Part shown: piece after piece, positions 23,486 to 37,800 of the stretch
How the letters are laid out: every line of letters starts with the position of its first letter
How positions within the stretch are numbered: the first letter of the stretch is position 1
Source of the DNA: Octopus bimaculoides
Taxonomy: Eukaryota
Direction of reading: 5' to 3'
Length of the DNA stretch: 64,000 bases
Assembly (NCBI RefSeq): GCF_001194135.2
Contig: NC_068982.1
Coordinates: forward strand, 177,910,231-177,974,230
Program-made: the position numbers and the translations under genes
The notes under the pieces: generated by a model
The model's database searches: none
What the model was told of the DNA's origin: nothing
What the model saw: the letters and a program-made list of their open reading frames with translations, nothing else

Positions 23486-26304
23486 TAGATCAAACTTTCG
23501 AGTTTCTCATAAATTAGAATGTTGCAGGGACTGCAAGAATCTAAAAGATGGACTAGCTCTAAAAAAGTAAACTAACTTGAAATGATGATGATGATGATAA
23601 AGCTTGATGGTACTCAATAACCTTGATGCTTCAATTCATTGTTTAAGCTTTGTCATCTTAGAAAGAAAGATGGGTTCTAAGAGAACATCATATTGATGGA
23701 GGCGAGTTATGAAGATTTTCAGTGAAGAGATGCATGTTGTCTGCCACTGAGACGATTATTGAGACTATTGCTGTTAAGTATCTGAAGTTTACAATTGGAA
23801 CCATTAACTGCTACACACCGACGTCCATATAAATTAAAGATTAGAGATGTGATTATTAAAAGAAAATATATACGTGTCCATATGTTATGATAACGACAAA
23901 ATCAATTAATTTCGTGTGGCAAAATTATTTTTATGACCTTACTCAAAATACGATAAATTGACAAAGTTGCGGCAAGCAAACTAAAAAATATTCGAACTGC
24001 AGATCAACAAGTTTCTTTAGAAATCGGTTTCTATTCTTGGGTAAATATTTCACTTAATTTACGTTACTAATGATTTGAGGAAAATAATGAACGTCATTAT
24101 TTTCAGATTTTATGCTAATGTAGGAAACGTATATTTATTGTTTACTTTGAGAATTATTGATCTTCTCTTTGTCAGAAATCAGTTTCTCATATTTAATATG
24201 CATGCTCTGAATGACGTGCTGTTACTCGGAATTCTAAAGCAGGATAGCAAATTGTCGTTTGTCACCGGCAGAAATACTTGATACTTCTGATAATTGACAG
24301 TTGTGGGTGGCTTTAGTTATGAAGTAACATATCGTCTGTTTCTTAATCGCCTCAACTGTTTACATATTTGTAAGTACATGATGCTTATTTTGCTGTCAGC
24401 TTCCCTTCTATTATTGTTGATTATTTTGTGTTATGACATTTAAGTATTTATATTTAACATTACTGAAAGTAACATTCTTTAAAATTAATAGAATCTAAAG
24501 ATGTTGTTAAGATGCCGTGTTACATTATATTATATTGACACAATGAGATACAGCTACAGATTTCTAATATATATGCCAGCTGTGGTGTTCCCTACCCAAA
24601 TAGCCTGAAGCCTGTCACTTGAACTAAGTGCATCTCTCTACATAATTAGAGTATACCGATAATTACAGTCTTATTTAACGCTAGAATATATTGTGTAATT
24701 ATATCTTCTGCCAGGCGTATAAACGTATTTTCGCGCATTTGATCATGGTAAATATTATTCTGTTGAAATTTTACTAATTCCAAAACATTCCATTCTTATC
24801 CTCATTTCCACAGGTTTGTCGAGTGGACTTTAAGTTTCCATAAATACCTACCTATAAGTGTAGGCGTTTAAGAGTAACGTGACAGAGTCGGAGGTCGAGA
24901 ATGGAGTGGTTGCATGAAGCCTAACGATTTATAAACTGTTGCCAGTTATATTCGGCTGTCTCAAGTTAGTCCACACTAGTGTCAAGCTTATAAATTAGAC
25001 CGTGGAAATTCACCCCCATCACTTTCACGTCCTTTTCATTTATAATTTACATAAGGAAGTGGACAATTACAATAGAAATAAGTTAGAAAGAGCAAACACT
25101 ATTTCAATTTACGTATTACAACAGGTAATATATTTGATTTTGCATGGACTCTGCACTAAACCATATTCACTCGATCGATACACAGGAAGGCAATTGTTAG
25201 ATTAGTGTCTCGCAGGGGAAAGCTTTTAAATAGCCGGTTTCATTTAGAAAATCTATTAATCTATATGAAATTGTGTTTAACATGAAGCCCAAGTTTATAT
25301 TTTAAACTGAAACATTAATTTGTAAAAAAAAAAAATTAAAAAAATTCCGAAAACCAAAGATCACCAAATTATCGTCTGCGTATTTTATGAGTCAGTGCTG
25401 AAACTTATTTTCCCTGTTGCAAAAATGGTTGCATTAGTGTTACTTTTTGTTAAGAGGAGATCATATATGAACTGTTTGATGCCAATATTTCTCATGAGAG
25501 GAATCTGTTCGAAGTTTAGTATAATGGATGATACCTTTCTGCATTTAATTTGATAAAAAAAAAAAATTTTTAATCGCGAACGTTCTGCAGGAAATATTTA
25601 ATGTATTGGTCACAAATGTGTAGTTTGATTGCTGTTGGGGGAATTCAATATTTTCTGGCCTTTAATTTTTATTGTTTATGTATGCATATTGTTTGATATT
25701 GTTTATCACATAGGTTCTGTTGAAGAGAAAACAAGATACTAAAATGAACAACTTGTTTTCCCGCTATATAATAAATGAACTTCAGTAAGTTATGGGCTTA
25801 GCTAAGCTCTTTTGTTTGATGAATAACCTGTCTGTTTTGAATGTAAGTTATATATAATGCGTATGTTATGCCCACATACGATCAGTTAACGCTCTACAAA
25901 AACTTGGTATAATTTATTAACCCACCCAGCACACACTTATGTTTATGTCAACCCAGCTGTGCACTAATCCAAATTTCAGCTTCGTTTTATCTACATTCTT
26001 GCTGATCGAGTGGGCGGCGGCAAGAATGCTCAATATACGTTCTAGAGTATATTAGTTAATTATAACTGAGTTTTTATCTTTTATCTTGTGACTAGAGATT
26101 CATGCCACATTGATCTGATTTCTCATTTGAAGATCACAGTAACATGAAATTCAAGTCAAGATGACTCTGTGTGTGTGTGTGTCTTTCATACATACTGCTT
26201 TAAAATGTTTGCTGAGTACTACTTCATTACGTCATTGAGAATACACTACCTTATCTGTCAGACGAGTTGGTCTGGTGAAAATAACAAAGGATCCTTTTGA
26301 AACA

Positions 26305-26900
26305 AAATAATGATAATGAAATTATTGTGTATAGTGCACAGGTGCACCACAACTTATCAAAGGTGCATGTACAATACATAGTATTATATACAAAAGTCAG
26401 GAAAGTGAATAGTGTATGAGTCATGATATACATGTGTGCATGCGTATGGAGGTGGGGATATCAGGTGTAGTGTTGGCAAATTTCAGGAAGCATAGAGGTT
26501 TTAAAGGATGCAATATCTCGGCAACTAATAACTGATGCAGGTGGTTTGTTCCATGCTTCAGCAACTCTGAGTGTGAAAAAGTGTTTCCGAAAGTCATGGG
26601 AGCTGTGCTGTTTTCTGACTTTGTAGGTATGACCACATGTGTTAGACACATGAAGCTCAAAAAGGTGCTCAATGTTGGCATGATGGTTAATAATTTTGTG
26701 GGTGTTTACTAAGTCAATTGCCAGACGTCAGAGCTTCACTATATCTATGCCCAGGGAAGCAAGGCATTCAGATTATGGTAGATGCCTGATGGAGGATATT
26801 TGTTTGGTTGCACCTCTGAACATTTTCCAGGAGGTCAATGTCCTGAGCAAGATAAGGGCTCCAGACTGGTGATTCAAATTCTGAGTGTGGCTGCACTATA
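26305..26900 (-). mobile_element. CR1 LINE 3' end (RT C-terminus plus 3'UTR)
   Basis: KQHSSHDFRKHFFTLRVAEAWNKPPASVISCRDIASFKTSML is a typical CR1 ORF2 end; (ATT)n-like tail. Confidence 0.8.
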
Positions 26901-27249
26901 GCCATCTACAGCCTTAAATAGATAGCTGGATTCATTTAGTTTTTGTAGAACAGTTCAATAAAACCACATTCCCACTTCTCAGGAGACAGTCAGAATTCAC
27001 ATAGATATTAGTTGCTCAAGAAAATGCAAATACTTTGATTAAACTATAGATGAGAACATCTACATCAAACTGATAAAGAACTGACAGCTTTTAAAATCTA
27101 ATTATAGTTCTTATAGCAATAGTAGTTGATGGAGTGGGTCATGAAGTAAGTCACCTCTATTGGAACCTAGAAATGTTAGGACTCTTGAGGAAAACCTGGT
27201 TCAATTCAGCAGTGGATTGGTGAAAATCTGTAGAAAATTAGATTTCATG

Positions 27250-27480
27250 TGTTATATTTATTTCTTTATTGCCACAAGGGGCTAAACATAGAAGGGACAA
27301 ACAAGGACAGACAAAGGGTTTAAGTTGATTACATAGACCCAGTGTGTAACTGGTACTTATTTAATTGATCCCGAAAGGATGAAAGGCAAAGTCGACCTCA
27401 GCAGAATTTGAACTCAGAACATAGTGGCAGATGAAATACCACAAACATTTCATCCAGATTCTGCCAGCTTGTGTCATAAA
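27250..27480 (-). mobile_element. tRNA-derived SINE with the cccgaaaggatgaaaggcaaagtcgacc central domain (Nin/Deu-like)
   Basis: Further degraded copies near 46130-46500, 48400-48530, 48700-48875 and 56910-57060; domain name from memory. Confidence 0.55.
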
Positions 27481-27629
27481 AGACTCCTCGGCATATTTGA
27501 TACCCCACTTTTCAGCAGTGTGTATTCAGGAAAAGAAAATGGCCGATAATAGTGAGTGTCAGGGACAAAATTAACTTATAGGGAACTCAATTTTGCATAT
27601 AAGACTTGAAGTAATCTTATATGTCCTCA

Positions 27630-27945
27630 AATATAAAACACTATTCAAACATGGTCGATGCCAGCTTACATGCCCCGACTGGCTCTTGTGCTGGTAGCAC
27701 ATAAAAAGCACCATCCAAACGTGGCCGATGCCAGTGCCACCTGACTGGCTTCCGTGCTGGTGGCACGTAAAAAGCACCCACTACACTCTTGGAGTGGTTA
27801 GTGTTAGGAAGAATATCCAGCTGTAGAAACACTGCCAGATCAGATTGGAGCCTGGTGCGACCTCCTGGCTTGCCAGTCCCCAGTCAAACCATCCAACCCA
27901 TGCCAGCATGGAAAACGGACGTTAAATGATGATGATGATGATCTA
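27630..27945 (+). mobile_element. RTE LINE 3' end with tandem units
   Basis: Two or three GCAC..AAAAAGCACC units plus the standard (GAT)n tail. Confidence 0.75.
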
Positions 27946-29374
27946 TGAAATACATGCACTCATCTATAACATGCTTACATATCTCATTCATATATGTATA
28001 CTCATCTATTAAATACATATATCTGTTGCAGGCATATACACATACACACTGATGACATTTATTGCATACATGCATACATATATCACATCATGCATAGGAA
28101 GTCACAATTTTTACTCAAATTTTGTATATTATAAGATTTTGTATATTTTTTAAGAGCATATTAAGTTTTGAAATTTATCATGTACTACATTGAGGTATAT
28201 ATGTACTGGATATGTATATTTATAAATTTTGAAATGAAAATTCCATATTTTGGCCCTATCAAAGCAGTAGCATTATTTTGAACTCTGTCCTTTTTGATAT
28301 TTGGTAGTATTTTTGTCATTGATACAGACAAACATTCTCAAATTACATCCAGCCATTACAGATCTTATCTATATTAAAATTTGATTAAATTTGACTGAGT
28401 TAGTGTCTACATTACACACCAATGGTCCCTTACTTCTGAATTAGCAAGTTACATAACCCTCCACTCATGTCCACTTGACACATACACCTCTCATCCTCTT
28501 AAAAAAAAATCTTTCCCTATTATTCTTCTACATGATTGCATCTCTCTGGGATTCCTTTTTATACACATTCTTCCAGATATTGTTGTGTGTTGAAAATATT
28601 CAAACAGAACATTAACTAAAGTCTGAGTGACTTGTACATATCAAGGGTACCGGTCCTCTTCAACATACCAACTAATTAAAAAACACTTGGCTTCACACTG
28701 AACCAACATTTTAAGGCCATTTTTACTTCTAAAGCAGAAGTTAACCTTGAAGGCCTTGCAAACTCTAATCATAATTTCTCTTTTTGAGGTTGTGTTTCAC
28801 AATCAGACACTGTTTGTATTAGCAGCCATTTGAGTTGCTTTTTACTCTGTGTAAGCATACATCAGAATACATATAGTTGTAATTACTTTTATATTCACAA
28901 GTTATATGTAATAATATAAACTAATTAATGGTTCTAATTCTTTTTTAGATAAAATTTCCAATGAATTTTTTAACAAAAACATTATGACATAAGTTAATAA
29001 ATTTGATAAAATAATATATATATATATGTAAAATTTAATTAGAGGATATGTTAACCTCATGAAGGGATGGTTTCATCCAAGGAAATAGCAGTTCAATATT
29101 TAGTATTTTGGGGGAATGAATTTCCTTAAAATAATAGGCATGTATAAAGCATATAGTTTATATCCATTTAAAAGAAAAGAAAATGGAGAAATTGGTCATC
29201 TTTGTGTCTTACAGCCATTTCAATTAATACTCAAGTATTAAAAGAAGAAAATGGAGATTAAGAAAGTATTGATTGAAATGGCTGTAAGAAGTGAAGATGA
29301 CCAATTTGTTGTTAATAATAAACAATTAACTTTGTAATCTCCATTTTCTTTTCTTCTTTTATATTTATATATAA

Positions 29375-29783
29375 CTTTAACTTTAACTTTACTTGTTTCA
29401 GTCATTTGACTGTGACCATGCTGGAGCACCACCTTTAGTCGAACTAATCGACCCCAGGACTTATTCTTTGTAAGCCTAGTACTTATTCTATCGGTCTCTT
29501 TTGCCGAACCGCTAAGTTACGGGGACATAAACACACTAGCATCGGTTGTCAAGCGATGTTGGGGGGACAAATACAGACACACAAACATACACACACACAC
29601 ATATATATACATATATATGACGGGCTTCTTTCAGTTTCCGTCTACCAAATCCACTCACAAGGTTTTGGTCGGCCCAAGACTATAGTAGGAGACACTTGCC
29701 CAAGATGCCACGCAGTGGGATTGAACCCAGAACCATGTGGTTGGTAAGCAAGTTACTTACCACACAGCCACTCCTGCGCCTAT
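29375..29783 (-). mobile_element. Full-length CORE-type SINE (octopus OR-like)
   Basis: tRNA-like head (rc ataggcgcaggagtggctgtgtggtaag...ggttcaatcccactgcgtggc), CORE cttgggcaagtgtc, microsatellite, 3' tail. Confidence 0.8.
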
Positions 29784-29785
29784 AC

Positions 29786-30390
29786 ATAAATAATAATGAA
29801 ATTATTGTGTATAGTGCGCAGGTGCATGTACAGTACATAGAATTATGTACAAAAGTCAGGAAAGTGAACAGTGTATGAGTCATGTGTGTATGCATATGGC
29901 GNNNNNNNNNNNNNNNNNNNNNNNNNNNNNNNNNNNNNGGGATATCAGGTGTAGTGTTGGCAAATTTCAGGAAGCATAGAGGTTTTAAAGGATGCAATGT
30001 CTTGGCAACTAACAACTGATGCAGGTAGTTTGTTCCATGCTTCAGCAACTCTGAGTGTGAAAAAGTGTTTCCGAAAGTCATGGGAGCTGTGCTGTTTTTT
30101 GACTTTGTAGGCATTCCCATGCTTTAGACACATGGAGCTCAAAAAGGTGCTCAAGGTGATTGTTGGCCCGATGGGTAATAATTTTGTGGGTGTTTACTAA
30201 GTTAATTGCCAGATGCCAAAACTTCAATGTATCTATGCCCAGGGAAGTAAGGTGTTCAGAGTATGGTAGTTGCTAGATGGAGGGTATTTACTTGGTTGCA
30301 CTTCTCTAAACATTTTCCAGGAGGTCAATATCCTGAGCAAGATAGGGGTTCCAGACTGGTAATGCAAATTCCAAATGTGGCCACACCATA
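29786..30390 (-). mobile_element. CR1 LINE 3' end, second copy (contains a 37 N gap)
   Basis: Direct repeat of 26305-26900; HFFTLRVAEAWNKLPASVVSC. Confidence 0.8.
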
Positions 30391-31704
30391 GTCAAAAATT
30401 TTATTTATCTCATTAATAAATGTGCTAAACTTACGCAACATAACAATTTGTTTACATTTTGTTCAACTATATGGATGGACAGACAGAACAAAATTGTTAT
30501 ATATATATACTTCTAGTTTCTATGTAGCATAGTAACATTCATCTCTGTTGCATACATCAGCCAACACCTCTAATGTAGAGTTAATTTCTCAACAATTTCT
30601 ACTTAGATTCTAGATCCAATAAGTCATATTTAGTTCATTCTGTTCTCCAACATTTATTTTAATATCAGACATGAGTGGACCATTTTAGGCTAGCTGAGGG
30701 CGTGACAACTTCTATTGTGCTAGTACCACAATGAAATCATCAAATACACTCTGTAAAGTGGTCGATGTTAAGAAGAGCATCTAACCATAGAAACAGTGTA
30801 AAAATCAGAACGTACAAGTGAGGCAATAGGTCCTGACTCCTCAGGGAGGACTGTAACTCTGAAATGAAAACTGGCTGAGGTTGTACCCTGTCAGGCCCAT
30901 GCCAGCATCAAAAGCAGATAAAAAAATGAAGATGATGGTAGTCGTACAGTTTGCATTGAATATTGAAAAAAATCACTTTTTAAAAATATTTTCTACAAAC
31001 TTTTAGTCACTTCTGTTACTTCAAATAACCATCACAGTAGACCATAGTGTCTGATTCTTAGCTGTTGGTATATTGCCAAGTGTTCCAAGCAAAAAGAACA
31101 CATCCACACAAAAACGACTAACAATAAATATAGAACAGCAACTACTATACTTTGACTGAGTTCACCTTGCCCACCTCTGCTGTGGCTACCACTAATATCT
31201 AAGTGTGTACAGAAATGACCTGACTGGAGACAGTACATGTCCAGACTCTGCCATGCTGCAACCAAAGTGTGCAGTATAGTTTTCAGCTAGATGGAGATAG
31301 GGTATGTTTGGGAGGAGGGATCTAAGTTTAACCTCATTGTTCAGTCCTCACATTTCATAGGCTTACTGTGGCTATATAACAACTTCATACTTTTTATAAT
31401 CTTCAGAATTAATTCAATGTTATTGGCAGTTGGGTATCTTAAACTATTTTATTATTGCTGTTACCTTAGGTTCTACCAAATTATTCCTCTTTCAAATTTC
31501 TTTTGCACAATTTGAAATTATTTTGAAAAGCGGATTAGACCATCTGTATATAGGGAGCAAAACTGAGGAATATAGTATAGAATAAAAGAGAAAAGTGACA
31601 GATTTCTGACTGTTAATTCAAATATTTTAGCTTTTACTTGTCATCTAAAGGTTAAAAATATATTTACTTTTATATTTTTCACCCCCAGTTTTAACATTTG
31701 AAAC

Positions 31705-31896
31705 ATGTTTGGATCTACTGTGTATCCACAAGTATCTGAATATAGTGAGAGAAGAACTTCTATTAGAAATTCTAAAGGTTTCTCTTACTTAACACCATGC
31801 CCTTCTGTAATCCATCCCTGGAATCGTGGGACCAATCTGCTTCAAGACTTTGTAATGGTCACTGAATTCTCTGAACTTGAAGGACCCAAACCATTA
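31705..31896 (+). CDS. SMCR8: SMCR8 first coding exon (MFGSTVYPQ...DFVMVTEFSELEGPKPL); exon begins at 31689
   Basis: Acceptor ttcacccccag at 31688; ATG at 31705 preceded by in-frame TGA; donor TTA|gtaagt; phase 0. Confidence 0.9.
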
Positions 31897-34800
31897 GTAA
31901 GTATGGAATCAACAAGTCATTGTTTTATTTTCTACTTTTAAATATGTTACAGATTACACTATTACATATTCTCTGCAGTTAGGTTTCATTTTTCTGATGT
32001 TAGGATAAACAAGTTGGTTTCACATTTTTTAATTGGAATTATTTTACTTCATTCATATCACCTTTGAAGGGCAAAAGAATAAATATTACAGTTTTCATTT
32101 ACTCTTCTCTAAAAATTTTAGGCTTCATGATTTTTGTAGAAATATTGATTACTTTCACTTCTTCAATTCTCCATAGCTATTTTCTACCACCTTACAAAGT
32201 ATGTATTTTTCATTTGGCTTAAAGAGTGGAATCAATTATGATATCGAGGGTATATTTTCAGGGTGTGTTAAAGGTATGTTTGCCACTCCCCTTTAAAAGT
32301 TATGAAGTAAGCACATTACTTATTTGTTAATTATAATGTTTTATAAACCTGATAAATCATTTCACTGCTCACATATAGTTGTAGTACCACCAACAAATCT
32401 GAAAATGAAGAAGCCTTTACATGATCACTCAACCTTCTAGAAATAACAATCAAACCCCTCAAAGTACACCTTGTCATAAATAAAGGAAATGTTGGGCAAT
32501 GAAGCCCTTGATATTCAAAAAGATAGGATGGTTATGGCTAGATTGCCTTTGTTTATAGGTTCATTCTGTCAGGGCTGACCTGGGTCTCAATAACAAGTTG
32601 TGAGTAGACAGCAACACCTTACCAATGTGAACTCACTAACAGACTGTTTTGCATTTTCTCCTTTTTCTTAACATAGCATTATTATTTAATCTATGCAAAT
32701 TCTGTAATTTTCAGTTTCCATGTTAAATGAAGCGAAAAATAATTCTCAGGATAGAACACTAGTTTGTAGAAGGGTAGTGTTTCTGTTAGGCAAACATTCT
32801 ACTCAACTCTAAAAGCCATCAATTTTACTATGTTATTGCTGTTTAAAGAGGCAATGTAGATAATCTTACAGTTCCTCTCAGAATATATTGAGAACCATCT
32901 ATTTTGCCACTGACATGTTCTATTGCCAGGACAGAATAAATGCCATCAACCTCTCAACTGTTTGTTTAGTATCAAAAAAAAAAAAAAAAGTTCAAAGGTC
33001 CTTCCTTGAACTATAGGCTCATAAGACTAGTTTCTGATTCTGTAGTGTATATAATCCCCACCTGGATGGGACACTGGTCCATCACTGGACAACTCATCTT
33101 TACCAAATGAATGGACTGGAACAGCATGAAATGAAATGTTTTGCTGAAGAACACATTCCCCTGATCCAGCAATTGAAACCACATTCTTATTATCTTTGGT
33201 GCAACACCCTAATCACTGAGCCACATGCTGCCATTTCTTGTTTAGTATACTGGTATTTAATATTCATTATAGAAATAAAACTATGTTTAAGTTTGCCATT
33301 TTATAATATATTGTATATTGTGTGTTTGACAACCTAATTCATTTCATGATATGTTTTATTTTTTAATTGACTATTCTATCTTCTCATCTATATTGTTTTT
33401 CATTCCTTTTCTATTAAATGATGATGGAATCTATAACTCAGTATTTCACTTCTGCTTTTTGATGTTGTCATGGATTGGACAGTTTTCCTAAAAGATTATT
33501 TGTAGCTAGATGTCCCTCTTATTGTCAACACTTTTAACTGCTTTTATGAGATGCAGGGACATAGTATTCCTATTCTAAAATTAGGATAAACACTGTACTT
33601 TATTTAATATCCTCCACGTAAAAGCACCCACTACACTCTCGGAGTGGTTGGCATTAGCAAGGGTGTCCAGCTGTAGAAACTCTGCCAAATCATATTGGAG
33701 CCTGGTGTAGCCATCGGGTTCACCAGTCCTCAGTCAAATCATCCAACCCATGCTAGCATGGAAAGCGGACATTAAACGATGATGATGATAATTATGTGAT
33801 GGGAAAGACATGAATGTTATAGCTTCCTACTCTATAAACCTGGGGTGTGATGCTTCCATTATCATCGCTATCAGCAACCATTTTCCTAGTTTTAAGAACT
33901 ATTCAGAATTGTTTACTCTTGAATTTCAACTCTAACAAAGCAATTATTTAATAAGAATAGTGTATTGTTTTGTTACTATTCCAAACTAATATCTCTGACA
34001 ATTTGCATTTAATCTAGGTCTGCAGCAAATACGTTTTTTTATTAACAAAATTTCTGTTTCGTTCTTTAATGATGAAAGTTGTTTTTAACTAGTTCTTCAT
34101 TTTTTGTTTTTTTTGCATGTATGTATTTCTATTATTATGTAAATTTCATTGAACTAGTTAAATTTATTTTATAGTTTGTCCAGCCATCTGAAGGGATTGG
34201 TCATTTTGATATCAATGCCTTTGCAGTAAAAATCATGTCTGTTGATCACCAGCCACCAAAAAGGTAAGTGAAGGTTTTTTTATGTATTTTTTAAAGTGTT
34301 CTGACAATATACGATCTTGCTCTCCATCAGATATCATGATGAGTGTTCCAGTTGGTTCAGTCAACCAAACAATCTGCTCATGAAATTATTATGCAAGTGG
34401 TTAAGCACGCCACAGACACATGTATCTTTAACACAGTTCTCAGGGAGATTCAGTGAAAAATAGAATGTAAGAAGGTTGGCCCATTGAACTACAGGTACAA
34501 CCCGTTTTGCCAGTTGAATAGACTAGAGCAACAAGAACTTATTGAATCATATAATATTCAGTTTTTTCATGCATCTCCTTTAATATATATGCACATTATG
34601 TCCCTTCAGTTTCTTTTAATGTACATGCTGGTGCCACAATAAAATGCTCCCAGTACACTGTTAAGTGTGGGGTCAAAAGCATCTTTTAGTCTTGTCTTGT
34701 TGTTAGTGTTGGTGCCACAAAAAAGCACCCTGTACACACATACATTTCCTAAAACGCTATGTAAGGGACGACCGTGCGAACTCATAAAAGGAGATATGGT

Positions 34801-37800
34801 GACGAATGGAAAAACAGAGGACTCCTTTTATTTAAACGTGTCACACGGTCGAACATACAAATATATATATCAAATGATGATATACATGATATGTTATGCG
34901 ACGATAACATAGATGACCAGTAATGAAAGACCACAACCGTATTAGATGAATAACAGAGATATTTATTGTAGTGTTAAAGATGTATGTCTGTGTGAGAGTG
35001 TGAATGCGACATATAAGAACATAATCAAAGACAGGCCGTCATACAAAGAAAAGTGTGTATGTGAGTGATACATGTGTGTGTATGTTATTACAGCAGAGAG
35101 AAAGAGAGTCAGTAAATGACACGTGAGCAATTATNNNNNNNNNNNNNNNNNNNNNNNNNNNNNNNNNNNNNNNNNNNNNNNNNNNNNNNNNNNNNNNNNN
35201 NNNNNNNNNNNNNNNNNNNNNNNNNNNNNNNNNNNNNNNNNNNNNNNNNNNNNNNNNNNNNNNNNNNNNNNNNNNNNNNNNNNNNNNNNNNNNNNNNNNN
35301 NNNNNNNNNNNNNNNNNNNNNNNNNNNNNNNNNNNNNNNNNNNNNNNNNNNNNNNNNNNNNNNNNNNNNNNNNNNNNNNNNNNNNNNNNNNNNNNNNNNN
35401 NNNNNNNNNNNNNNNNNNNNNNNNNNNNNNNNNNNNNNNNNNNNNNNNNNNNNNNNNNNNNNNNNNNNNNNNNNNNNNNNNNNNNNNNNNNNNNNNNNNN
35501 NNNNNNNNNNNNNNNNNNNNNNNNNNNNNNNNNNNNNNNNNNNNNNNNNNNNNNNNNNNNNNNNNNNNNNNNNNNNNNNNNNNNNNNNNNNNNNNNNNNN
35601 NNNNNNNNNNNNNNNNNNNNNNNNNNNNNNNNNNNNNNNNNNNNNNNNNNNNNNNNNNNNNNNNNNNNNNNNNNNNNNNNNNNNNNNNNNNNNNNNNNNN
35701 NNNNNNNNNNNNNNNNNNNNNNNNNNNNNNNNNNNNNNNNNNNNNNNNNNNNNNNNNNNNNNNNNNNNNNNNNNNNNNNNNNNNNNNNNNNNNNNNNNNN
35801 NNNNNNNNNNTGGACGAAGCTGCTGAAGTGGTCGCTGGAACTGCTGCTGCTGTCGTGTGGTACACGGAACAGTTCTCAAAGAGAAACTGGACCGAGACAA
35901 ATTATTGGGTATGAGTTAAAGCTATTTATAACAAACTATGGGCTCCCGAAGGCTTCAGAATTTTACTCTATCACGTGACCTTATTAGGGGCCGTGATTGG
36001 TCAGTTTGCGTTCTGGCGGGAACGGTTCGAAGAAGTTGCCGATTCGAATAATGATCAGTCACGTGATGGACAAGGAATGGGTTCTCTACTACGCTCGCAT
36101 TTATTTATATTTAAATGAGAAGATTGTATGTAATGGCGATAGTAGTTTTGTATCTAGTGACGATAGGTAGTTTCACTTGATACATGAATAATTGTAGATC
36201 AGTACTATAACATCATTTGAGATTTAAAAATTTAAACTTAAATATTTTAGTACAAGTAGCCTCAGTTGGGTCTTAAAATGGTTATTAGCTTCCACTCCTT
36301 TCATTTTACTGTTATGATATTTCACTTAAAATCCTTTAATGTATTTGTTTACTGCTGCTCACCCTTGTATAATTTGGGTAGCTATGTATCTTCTCTGTAA
36401 GAAGACACCTGTGCTTGTCCCTTTGTCATACTTTAGCCTCTCAGCACCTAACATAAAGCCACCTCCCCCACCCTAGTTCCCACCACTTAGTCATGAGGGA
36501 TTTTCCCTTTTCTGTTCTATTTTGTCTTGCAGCACTTGGTGATTCCACAAGTGCTGGTGGTACAAAAATTAAAAAGCACCTAGTACACACTGTACAGTGG
36601 TTGGCATTAGAAAAGTCATCCAGCCACAGAAAGCATGCCAAAGCCAACACTGGAGTTCAATGCAACCCTGTAGCTTGCTGGGTCCTGTCAAACCATCCAA
36701 CCCATGCCAGCTTGGAAAACAGATGTTGATGATGATGATGATTATCATGTCTTAAGAAGGAAATGTAGCCATTATCATCTTCATTTAACATCTGTCTTCG
36801 ATGCTGGCATAGGTTATGTGAAAATGTATGCCATGGATATCCTGGTTTTTGAATAGGTACACTATATCCCTGTATGTTGTAGAGGTGACTAAATGGGTTG
36901 GCATGAGCTTGGGAACAGTGGATGCAGGGGATACAAGCACACACCCTAAAATTTTTGTGAGACAATGAAAATGCTTTGAACATCCTTGGTTGGACCTGGG
37001 TTTGCATCCCCTAATTAAATTTTGTTCTCTCAGTTATGAGGGTTGGTGATAGGAAAAGCATTTGACTGTAAAACCTTGCTTCTGACAATCTGTGCAATCT
37101 ACAAGATTTGCTTGTAGAATTGGGTGAGCAGTAGGAATAAATTCAAGAGAAGCAGGAGGAAGTTAAAGCCCAAGCATTTTATAAAGTGTACTGGATGCAT
37201 TTTATTGTGGCATCATCACTATAAAGATTATTGTGGCATCCGTAAAACTAAAGGGTTCTCTCAATCCCATGTCTCCACTCGTTTACCAACCACTTCACAG
37301 ATTGTACTGGGTGGCTTTATTGTGGCATCAAACACCAGTGTTGATGCCACAGTAGTCCTCACTCCTCTACAATGTGTTCATTTCACTGAAGGCAACATAA
37401 CTGATAGGGTGAATAGTAGAAACAGATTGATTTGATGAAAGGATGGTAGGTGAGATGGTAGAGCAGGTGAGATTAATGGATTATAATAGAGGTGAGTAAA
37501 TGGTAAAATTAAATGGATATCAGTAACAAGTGGCTTGAGTGTGAGGGAATGATGACTGAAAGTGCTGGAAGATATGATTTAATTCTTTATACGTAAACCT
37601 AATGGTGAGTGAGCTAGATAGAGCGATAAGGATGAGAGAGAATGATTGTAGGAAAGAGGATCAGACTGAATGGATAAAAATTTTCTTTGAATTCACTTCA
37701 TAACAACAGAGAACTCTAATGTAAAAACTGTCTATGTGGAAATTTCTAAGAGATATGACAGATTAAAGTTTAAGCCTTTTTTAATCTATTAAAATGATAA

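Noticed and set aside
25995-26045. Helitron-like 3' end (ATTCTTGC/GCAAGAAT hairpin followed by CTAG)
   Set aside because: The loop is large, CTAG is followed by A rather than T, and no matching 5' TC end or second copy was found
31032-31265. 77 aa minus-strand ORF with a hydrophobic stretch
   Set aside because: No splice signals or recognisable homology; size expected by chance
35109-35914. Long ORFs of 200-340 aa at 17256-17906, 35109-35914 and 47174-48187
   Set aside because: Artefacts of translating N gaps
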